A stretch of 63,912 bases of DNA, the filler included, from Pirum gemmata (taxonomy: Eukaryota): the NCBI GenBank assembly GCA_002812295.1. It is 29 parts of 29 records of this genome, joined end to end, with 100 filler letters (N's around TTAATTAATTAA, not from the genome) between each part and the next. Parts side by side here need not be neighbours in the genome. Positions count along the whole stretch, not along the records: positions 53,693 to 55,532 come from PDIN01010622.1; positions 55,633 to 58,233 come from PDIN01010623.1; positions 58,334 to 60,192 come from PDIN01010624.1; positions 60,293 to 62,658 come from PDIN01010625.1; positions 62,759 to 63,912 come from PDIN01010763.1; 24 more parts are not named here. The stretch is one strand, 5' to 3'. The notes beneath the pieces were generated by a model. The model made no database searches, had not been told where the DNA came from, and saw only the letters and a program-made list of their open reading frames with translations. Positions within the stretch are counted from its first letter, which is position 1, and each line of letters opens with the position of its first letter. This document shows positions 54,056 through 63,912 of this stretch, in pieces. The position numbers and the translations under genes were made by a program.

Positions 54056-54760
54056 TATCGTGTTTTCCTATCATGGTATGGTTATCTTTAGAACCCTAAA
54101 GACGGTCAGTTCAAAAACTGAAATAAACGTACCAAATTATAAACTATCAGACATGTTATAATTAATTTGGTATTTTATACTTAAATGCTGTATTTTATAA
54201 ACAAGTTTAATTATGCACTTAAACAGTACCAAATTAAAGATTAAGAGGACAACCAAATAGACGATATTGATGGTATGGATGATTGATGACAATGGATGAT
54301 TGATGAAGTATTGATGAGCAAAGTTTTTTTTTTTTGCAAAGTTTTTTTTTTTTTTTTTTTTTTTTTTTTGTTTTTTATGTCTTTTTTTTTTTTTTTTTTT
54401 TTTCGAAGTCTAAGTGCACTTTCTTGTTACTCTATCCGACAAGTCTATCCGAGAAAAGGATACTGGTTTAGATAATTTGAGTAAATCTGCCAAATTATTT
54501 ATAGACTAGATGCAATCATTCTAAATTGGTATGTTTTTTTTTTTTGTTTGTTATGCTAAGAGTAGCATGTGGATTGTGGACTACTACTACTAGTAGCTAG
54601 TAGACATCCAGGGCCCTAGTCTAGTTCTCATCCCGGTAGACTTGGTAGGTCTCAAGGTTATAAAAGTTACATAAATATTTAAAACGTTTTGTGATTTTTT
54701 ATCTAAATAAGTGCAGTTTTTTATTTCAGGATACCAAAATAAATAAATAGGGCTCATGAA

Positions 54761-55079
54761 CGACCCGATCCTTAGCGACCCAATCAAGACTTTTCATATA
54801 AAAATAATAATAATATATATATCTATATATGTATATTTTTTTTCTTTTTTTAACTACCAAGCCGGATAAAAAATGGCGACATCCACCATATGAGCTCAAA
54901 ATCCAAAATCTCAAAATGATCCAGTTTTAATAAAAGTACTACCAAAGTTTGATAAAAAGTATAACTAAAAAACTCTATTATGAACCCATAGCTAGTTTTT
55001 AAAAATAATTTGGCTAGTTAAAGTTAAAGTTTTAAGAAAAGAAGTCTAAAAAAAATGATGCAGTTTTATCTGGTTTGGC

Positions 55080-55114
<35 letters not shown>

Positions 55115-55532
55115 TATTATCAAGGAGTTTTTTTTTCTTGAACTCCTTGATAATATTATTATAAATATCGACCCGATCCTTAGCGACCCAATCAAGACTT
55201 TTCATATAAAAATAATAATAATATATATATTAATATCTATATATGTATTTTTTTTTTTTTAACTATGACATACCAAGCCGGATAAAAATGGCGACATCCA
55301 CAATATGAGCTCGAAAATCCAAAAATATCAAAATGATCCAATTTTAATAAAAGTACTACCAAAATTTGAGAAAAAGTATAACTAAAACACTCTATTATGA
55401 ACCCATAGCTAGTTTTTTTAAAAAATTTGGCTAGTTAAAGTTAAAGTTTTAAGAAAAAGAAGTCTAAAAAAAAATGATGATTTCTGCAGTTTTATCTGGC
55501 TTGGCTGTTAAAAAAAAAAAAAAAAAAAAAAA
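54761..55532 (+). repeat. ~408-bp tandem duplication containing family G
   Basis: Units start CGACCCGATCCTTAGCGACCC at 54761 and 55169, each with a poly-A near its end. A perfect 15-bp-stem hairpin at 55115-55155 lies at the junction. Confidence 0.9.
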
Positions 55533-55662
55533 NNNNNNNNNNNNNNNNNNNNNNNNNNNNNNNNNNNNNNNNNNNNTTAATTAATTAANNNNNNNNNNNN
55601 NNNNNNNNNNNNNNNNNNNNNNNNNNNNNNNNTATCATTATCATTATCATTATCATTATCAT

Positions 55663-55693
<31 letters not shown>

Positions 55694-55694
55694 G

Positions 55695-56916
55695 AATCAT
55701 GGGACATGCTCTCTGATGAGCTTAAAGGTGGTGTAAATGGATTCAATAGGTTTGTGGATGTCTTTTATGGAAGCGTTTTTAGTTTAGACCCAGGATGCAA
55801 AGTACTTTTCGCCGGAAATATGTTAAATCAAGGGAAAGCGCTTGTGGGTATGCTTTCAGTTATCGTCAAACAAGTAAGAAATTTGGATACGATACAAAAA
55901 AAACTTACGAAACTAGGAGAAAGACATATAAGGTATGGTGTGAAGCCTTACATGTTTTTCGTGGTCGGAAGAAGTTTTATTGAAGCATTCACTGCAGTCT
56001 TGGGTATATTATTATTATTAATTATTTTTCCTGTTATCTTCTTATCATCTTTGCCCTTGTTACTTTAATTTTTTCTTAAGGACTTTACCATTACCGTGTG
56101 AACATTGGCATTAGCGTTAATATTATGATCGACGCTGTTATTATTTATATCATTATCATTATATCTATAAGTATATATTATCATTATACAATATTCTTAT
56201 ATATCATCCTTATACATTATAATATCATTATATCATTAGCATTATCATTAACATAATCACTGTCATTACTATTCATTATTATTATCATTATCATATCATC
56301 ATTATCGTCATAATCATTATTATGCCATCATGTCATCATATCATTTTTATTATTTGACTTCCAATCTTACATATATATTCACACTTGTTTATAAATAGGC
56401 GATCAATTTACATTACCAATGAAAGATGCTTGGTTAGAAGCTTACCCCATTTTAACAGGGATCATGACTAAGGCCATGGGTCATAAAATCGACCAGACTC
56501 TATGCAGAAACATTATAGATCCTTTTCACTTCAGCAAGGAAGTCTTCCAGTTTATCGTTCATAATAAAATGGCTCAAAAAAGCTTCGCTAAGATGCCCAA
56601 TGTTAGTGTTTACGCAACAGGAACTGAAAGAACACCGCAACCTGTAGCTACTCTTAGCTCGTTTAACCTCTCCATTTCACCTAATGGGTCTGAAAGTTCG
56701 TTAAACTTTACCAATCCGGTAGCACCAAGAACACCAAGAACGGTCTTCTCATTATCCAGTGTACCGCAAACTCCGCAAACTCCAAAATATTCCCACTCAC
56801 TACAACGAAGATCATATGGCTCCCCATCATCATCTACACTCCCACCTGAACCTGGGCAGCGCAATCAGAAAGCTACTGGAATCGAAGCGGATTTTAGTCA
56901 GATGTGTGTTAGTTAG
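55695..56916 (+). CDS. Globin (flavohemoglobin-like globin domain) with disordered S/P/T-rich tail, 5' partial
   Basis: Exons 55695-56003 and 56399-56916: ESWDML...FY..VF..DP....LF...NQGKALVGML...LGERHIRYGVKP...VG..F..A...VLG|DQFT..MKDAW..AY; Tyr-B10, Phe-CD1, Gln-E7 and His-F8 are identifiable. Confidence 0.92.
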
Positions 56917-59900
56917 TTGTTGAATGGTAGGATGAGATTGTAATATATATAAAAGTACACTACTAAATTTTACTTTCAACTTTAAAGTCAACACTACGAT
57001 TTTTGTTGAAGTTTAGCCCAAACATTTTGTAAAGGATCAACAAAATAAGTGTAAAAGTCTATAATACATATATACGCCATGGTAGTGCATTATATTTAAT
57101 AATTACAGAGAAATTTTCAAGCAAATAGTGATTACTTCCCTCCTACTTCTCGTTGTTATAATTAGAAATGACACTCAAAATACCGTTAACTTTTGAGAAA
57201 AGAAAAGAAAAGTCTCTCGAAATTACAAGTAGGAGCGATCCTCATACGCCACAGAGAAATACTATACACAAGTGAATTATTACTCTTATCACGGTGTTAA
57301 AATGTATATGCTACAAAATATGCTACGTCACTACGTACCGTTGTTACTGCACATGGCCTTGTCATGGACTTCGGCAGTACATTCTTGTGCTATTGAAAAG
57401 AAAAACATGGTGAAATAAGGGTATATAACATCACATCAATCAAACCCTTAAAAAATAAACATATAATATATATATATAGACGTTAATTGGGTTATTTACA
57501 TTCTTAAATNNNNNNNNNNNNNNNNNNNNNNNNNNNNNNNNNNNNNNNNNNNNNNNNNNNNNNNNNNNNNNNNNNNNNNNNNNNNNNNNNNNNNCTATAA
57601 TATATATGATGTAAATCAAATGATATATATATTACAAAGATCAATTTTTCTTTCCGGATTTTTATTTTTATTTTTGTACTTTTTTGTGTATTTTCATATG
57701 GAATCCAATTAAAAAAATAATAATATCACTTTTATTTTTGAATTGTTTATCATACATACCTTTTAGTTTTTCTTCATTTTTGTTTTTTGTTTTTACAAAA
57801 ATTATTTTTAATTTATTTAATGTTATATTTTTAAAGTAAGAACAATTGTGATAACATTTCTATTTTTCTTTCTTTTTATAAAAAAGATAAATGAATAAAT
57901 AGTTATAGAATATTTCGAAAACATAAACAAACAATACAAATAACAACACAGTCAATAAACTCATTAATTTTTTATATAAGAATTGTTTAAATAAAACCAT
58001 AATTACACACAACACACAGGTATACACCCACCCAAATCCACACCCTCACACATAGACACACACATAGATATTCTTACTCACTCAGCATACACACGTATAA
58101 ATACATACATACATACATACAAGCATTCAGACCTACGTACATACATACATACATACATAGATACATGCATACGTACGCGTATATTATTATTATTATTATT
58201 ATTATATTATTATTATAATTATTATTATTATTANNNNNNNNNNNNNNNNNNNNNNNNNNNNNNNNNNNNNNNNNNNNTTAATTAATTAANNNNNNNNNNN
58301 NNNNNNNNNNNNNNNNNNNNNNNNNNNNNNNNNTAATAATAATAATAATACTAATAATAATATTAATAATGACACTTTATGCGACAAAAGTATATAAACA
58401 AATTAACAATATAAAATATTAATTGTTTTAATAATAATAATTATTTTAATTGTTGTTGCTGTTGCTGTTGTCTGTTGTTGGTTTCAGTTTTGCTGTTTTA
58501 ATGTGGTTGCAATTGTTGTGAGGGCGTTTATAGATGTGTTTTTTTAATGCTGTGAGGGTGTTTATAGTAGGTATTTATTATTTATTAGACGGGGTCTATA
58601 GAGTTGTCTATAGTATAAAAAATTCATTATGTTTCACAAAGTAAAGTGCCTAGCTAGCTAGCTAGACTCCGAACTGAGCCACGAGTGCTTTCGATTATAT
58701 TCGATATATCTCAATCTTTAATTTGGTACTGTTTAAGTGTATAATTGAATTTGTTTATAAGATACAACATTAAGTATAAAATACCAAATTAATCAAAATA
58801 TGTCTGATAGCTACCGAATTAATTAAAACATGCCTAATATAGTTTAACCATAATGGATCATAATGGTAGGCAATGGTAGACTCAGCTAGCAGACTCAGCT
58901 GGGTAGACTACGTTATTCACTCTGAGGAAAACTTTTCCTGGGGACGAAAATAGATTGAAAATAGAGTGAAAATAGACTATTATTTTTTTTTTGAAAAAAA
59001 AAAAAAAAANNNNNNNNNNNNNNNNNNNNNNNNNNNNNNNNNNNNNNNNNNNNNNNNNNNNNNNNNNNNNNNNNNNNNNNNNNNNNNNNNNNNNNNNNNN
59101 NNNNNNNNNNNNNNNNNNNNNNNNNNNNNNNNNNNNNNNNNNNNNNNNNNNNNNNNNNNNNNNNNNNNNNNNNNNNNNNNNNNNNNNNNNNNNNNNNNNN
59201 NNNNNNNNNNNNNNNNNNNNNNNNNNNNNNNNNNNNNNNNNNNNNNNNNNNATTCAATATAAATCCATTTTATTTAATTTGGTATATTTTATTATCTATT
59301 TATTCATTTAACAATGTCAATTAAAAATTATAACCAACCAAATAAATATTCGGAGTGACAAAATAAATGAAAAGCGCTATAGCTACTAGTAGATATTATC
59401 GATAGCACTAGACCGGGGGGTCTATATGGTTGTAATTATATTTTTTTAATTATGTATTTATAAATCATAATGATATCATAGATGGTGCCCAGCACTACAT
59501 TTTCATTTTTATAATGATATATACTGATATAATGATATGCATAATAAATAAACCAGAGTAAATATTAATAAATAAAAATAAAATATTTTATATTGAATAA
59601 TACTGTAATATGATAATAATAATAATAATAAGCACAGCAATACAAGTAAGTGTCTAAAAACAAAAACAAGAACAAAAAACAAAACCTAGAGATAGGTAGC
59701 GTAAGTAGAGATAGGTAATAACAACAAAATTATTATCGTGCTTTTCATTTATTTTGTCACTCTGAATATTTATTTGGAGGGTTATAATCTTTAAATTGAC
59801 ATTTTTAAATCAATATATAGATAATAAAATATACTAAATTAGATTAAATGGTTTTATATTATAGGCGACCGGCGTATAGACTATACTGTGGGTGGTGATA

Positions 59901-60393
59901 ACCTAGAGTGATTGATATACGTCATGCCAAGGGGAAGGTAGGTGGTATTTGGCCGGAAATTAACGTCGAGGGGTAGGTAGCTGGGTAGGTAGGTAGGGGG
60001 GGTATTTGACGCTGTATTTGACTGGAAATTTTTATATCATTATCATAATATTATTAGGAAATTTTTATATCATTATCATAATAATGATATTATCGATACA
60101 TCATAATAAATAAATACAAAGACCCCAGGAAAATTTTTTCCATCATGGAGGGAGTCTTTGGACCACTATTGCTACTACTACTACTACTACTANNNNNNNN
60201 NNNNNNNNNNNNNNNNNNNNNNNNNNNNNNNNNNNNTTAATTAATTAANNNNNNNNNNNNNNNNNNNNNNNNNNNNNNNNNNNNNNNNNNNNTGATATTG
60301 ATAATAAACAATGATATATATAGCCAATACGCCAATGGCGCTACTTTTTTTTAAACTTTCTAATTATGTAGGTATATAACAAAAAACACTTAC

Positions 60394-62424
60394 TAGTTTT
60401 TCTAGATAAGTATCAACGCCGCCCCGTTTGCCAAATGTCACCCAATCCCCAAAACCTTCAGCCATACCGTCCCCTGTTTTAAGAAACAATATCATTCAAG
60501 AGTAGCGTTTCAGATAATGAATTCAGCACACACATATACGCAAACCCACCCACAGACAGACACAGACACAGACACAGACACATACCCACCCACAATCACC
60601 CACCCACACATACACATACACACCCACACATACACCCACCCACACATACACCCACCCACCCATACACCCACCCACACATACACACCCACACACCCACATA
60701 CATACATATATACATATATACATACATACGTACATACATACATACATACGTACATACATACATATAAACNNNNNNNNNNNNNNNNNNNNNNNNNNNNNNN
60801 NNNNNNNNNNNNNNNNNNNNNNNNNNNNNNNNNNNNNNNNNNNNNNNNNNNNNNNNTTATTATTGACCATTATGATTATTATCATTGTTATTATCATTAT
60901 CATCATTATTATAATTGAATATATATGTAACGATATATCCACTTACTTTATCATCCTAGACACAACTCTAACTCTAATTCTAACTCTAACCCTAATCTTA
61001 TCAATAATCGTAATATCAATAATCATAATATGTACCTCGTTTAATCAAATCGTTACAAATTAATTGAACATTTTCTAAATAAGTTTTTGCCAGTTCATTT
61101 AGCCCTTCATCATCCAATAAATTAAGATCATCATCCCTTAAGTAGTAAAAGAAAGTTATATTTTATATGTATATATGCCAATATCAAATTGTTTTTGCTG
61201 TTGTTGTTTATTATTTGTTGTTTGTTGTTTGTTGTTTGTTGTTTGTTGTTTGTTGTTTGTTGTTTGTTCTTGTTTGTTCTTTGTTGTTGTCTGTTGTCTG
61301 TTGTTTGTTGTTTGTTGTTGTTTGTTGTTGTTTGTTGTTGTTTGTTGCTGTTGTTGTATGTTGTTGTTTGTTGTTGTGTGTTGTTGTTTGTTGTTGTTTG
61401 TTGTTTGTTGTTTGTTGTTGTTTGTTGTTTGTTGTTGTTTGTTGTTGTTTGTTGTTGTTTGTTGTTGTTTGTTGTTTGTTGTTGTTTGTTGTTGTTTGTT
61501 GTTGTTTGTTGTTGTTGGTTGTTGGTTGTTGGTTCTTGGTTCTTGGTTCTTGGTTCTTGGTTCTTGGTTCTTGTTTACTGGTGTTTATTATTGCTTGTTG
61601 TGTGTTGTTGTTTGCTGTTGTTTATTGTTGTTTATTGTTGATTATTGTTGATTGTTGATAATTGTTTTTGTTTTTGTTTTTGTTTATTGTTGCTTATTGT
61701 TTATTGTTGTTTATTATTTTTGTTTGTTGTTGTTTATTGTTGTTTGTTGCTATTGTTGTTTGATGTTGTTTGTTGTTGTTTGCTGACGTTTGTTGATGTT
61801 TGTTGATGTTTGTTGTTGTTTGTTGTTGTTTGATGTTGTTTGTTGTTGTTTGTTGTTGTTTGTTGTTGTTTGTTATTTGTTTGTTGTCTGTTGTTGTTTA
61901 TTGTTGTTTGTTGTTGTTGTTTGTTGTTGTTTGTTGTTTTGTGTTGTTTGTGGTTGTTGTTGTTTGTTGTTGTTTGTTGTTGTTTGTTGTTTTGTGTTGT
62001 TTGTGGTTGTTTGTTGTTGTTTGTTGTTGTTTGTTGTGTTTGCTCTTATTTGTTGTTTGCTCTTGGTTGTTCTTGTTTGACGTTGTTTGTTCTTGCTTGC
62101 TATTGTGCGTTATTGTTTGTTATTGTTTGCTATTCGTTTGCTGTTGCTGTTGTTATGATTAAGTTTTGGGTAGGGCTTAAAGTTGGGGTTGGGTTTAAAG
62201 TTGGGGTTGGGTTTAAAGTTGGGGTTGGGTTTAAAGTTGGTGTTGGGTTTAAAGTTGGGGTTGGGTTTAAAGTTGGGGTTGGGTTTAAAGTTGGGGTTGG
62301 GTTTAAAGTTGGAGTTGGTTTTTGGGGTTAGACACCTGTTGTCATTGGACCCAGTCGTAACAATTACAACTTCAGCATCAGAGTATGCAGGGTTTTCAAA
62401 TACTTTATTAAAAAGATTCGTACT
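60394..62424 (-). CDS. SGNH/GDSL-fold protein exons
   Basis: Exons 62424-62336 and 61136-61036 give LFNKVFENPAYSDAEVVIVTTGSNDNRDDD...TYLENVQLICNDLIKRG (block III GxND). Exon 60473-60394 gives GDGMAEGFGDWVTFGKRGGVDTYLEKL (block I-like). All GT-AG; none in the ORF track. Confidence 0.68.
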
Positions 62425-63064
62425 CTAAACGTAAAAAAAACGAGAATATAAATATTAAAATGTGGACAGATGGAAGAATTGATATGCCCATACATGGGTA
62501 TTGGTATGACTGCCAATGTACTAACAATAATAAAGGTTTGGCGAATGCCTAAGAGGGTCCTAAACTTAAACAGCCAATTTATTTTCATGGTTACGGTTAA
62601 GATTATATATATATATATATATATGTCATAATCATAACCATAACCATAACCATAACCANNNNNNNNNNNNNNNNNNNNNNNNNNNNNNNNNNNNNNNNNN
62701 NNTTAATTAATTAANNNNNNNNNNNNNNNNNNNNNNNNNNNNNNNNNNNNNNNNNNNNAATGATAATGATAATGATAATGATAATGATAATTTAATATTC
62801 AAATAAAATAATAATAAAACATAAAACTTGCCAGGGGCGCACATAGGGGGACTTGGCCCTAGGGTGAGTTTGACAGGAGGTATAGCCCTTTGGGACAGGC
62901 ATCTTTGGGGTGGAGGAACCAGAACAGAAAAAAATTATTTATTTTATAGGTCTAGACAGCTGTCTAGACCCTATCATAACTAAAAAAAAAAATAAAAAAA
63001 AAAAGGTATAGACCCGAGGTCTAGTCTAAGTTATAGTCTATCAGACAGTCGATAATTTTTTTTC

Positions 63065-63284
63065 AAGACTTCAGCCTAAAATATCTGATACTACCCTCCC
63101 TAACCCTAAGGTCCCTAACCCAAACCCTACCCCTATACCCCCTAACCCTAAATAAATGTCGGTCTCGGGATAATCCCCTTCAGCACTTTCCCGACCGACC
63201 GACCGATCCGGGTTCACACCNTTTGTCCCGCCTGACCCGGTGTCGGGGGTTTGAAATCCGACCGGGTCGGATTTGACATCCCTG
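63065..63284 (-). mobile_element. hAT/Ac-like element end
   Basis: Terminus reads CAGGGATGTCAAA on the minus strand (Ac TIR is CAGGGATGAAA); CCGA subterminal repeats; palindrome AAATCCGACC-G-GGTCGGATTT; internal degenerate CCCTAA tract. Confidence 0.65.
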
Positions 63285-63592
63285 TCATGGACTGGTGGTT
63301 TTTGAGAGTAGTTTTTCAAAATATCGCGATCGATATTAGAGCCAGTCATCATAAAAGATCTGTAAAAAGGGTCTAAAAAGGGACGTAGTGGTCACGTCAA
63401 TTTTTGCAATAAAATACTAATAAAATCCTAGTCTAGCTAGAGGAAAAATCCAAAAACGAAAACCTATGATTCTAGCTAGTTCTAGCCTTGTTAAACCCTA
63501 ACCCTAACCCTAACCCTAACCCTAACCCTAGCTAGCCCTAGCCCTAACCCTAACCCTAACCCTAACCCTGACCTAACCCTAAACCCAAACCC

Positions 63593-63631
<39 letters not shown>

Positions 63632-63728
63632 CCCTAACCCTAACCCTAACCCTAACCAATATCAGGATAGCTATCTGATAGCTACTATGACCCACCTATT
63701 TAGACCCTACTAACCCGCCGATTTCGCA

Positions 63729-63834
63729 GCCTCCAGGGAGCATGTCTAGCTAGCTAGCTAGTAGCTAGTCTACACTGTGATGCCTCCAGGGAGCATGTCT
63801 AGCTAGCTAGCTAGTAGCTAGTCTACACTGTGAT
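63729..63834. repeat. Perfect 53-bp tandem duplication containing (CTAG)n
   Basis: GCCTCCAGGGAGCATGTCTAGCTAGCTAGCTAGTAGCTAGTCTACACTGTGAT occurs twice. Confidence 0.95.
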
Positions 63835-63912
63835 GTCGGGTCCGAAAAGTTTCTTGTCCGATCCGATGTTCGATTTATTATATTTTAAAAAATTGAAATA
63901 TGTATACTTTGT

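Noticed and set aside
56899..56916. C-terminal prenylation motif on the globin (QMCVS*)
   Set aside because: Cys is third from the end, not a CaaX position.
62336..62424. BTB-domain start (LFNKVFENPAYSDAEVVI)
   Set aside because: In-frame splicing to the next exon gives a GxND plus helix pattern that fits SGNH better.

Overview
This is AT-rich, intron-containing eukaryotic (protist-like) DNA, and it is not one locus. It consists of 29 short scaffolds (mostly ~1.83-1.89 kb) joined by 28 artificial 100-nt linkers (N44-TTAATTAATTAA-N44), so neighbourhood across linkers means nothing. Recognisable genes, mostly partial and spliced (GT-AG, standard code): ankyrin-repeat protein, cytochrome P450, PUS7/TruD last exon, ammonium transporter (3 exons), SNF2-family ATPase (4 exons), RS-domain protein, C2H2 zinc-finger protein, Tyr-B10/Gln-E7 globin, SGNH-fold protein, an intronless PhyH-like 2OG-Fe(II) dioxygenase, and several secreted Cys-rich proteins. 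Non-coding DNA is full of microsatellites, interstitial TTAGGG-type arrays (often filling introns), a dimeric satellite and many MITE families, some with perfect TSDs. The most notable signals are a strong phase-1 intron excess (~17 of 22 well-supported junctions), telomere-repeat-filled introns, TA-bounded micro-palindrome clusters resembling transposon excision footprints, and one scaffold pairing the dioxygenase with a possible TnpB/Fanzor C-terminal remnant. An ichthyosporean-like source is a guess only. No CRISPR array, rRNA or intact tRNA was seen, and no complete novel system can be demonstrated from these fragments.
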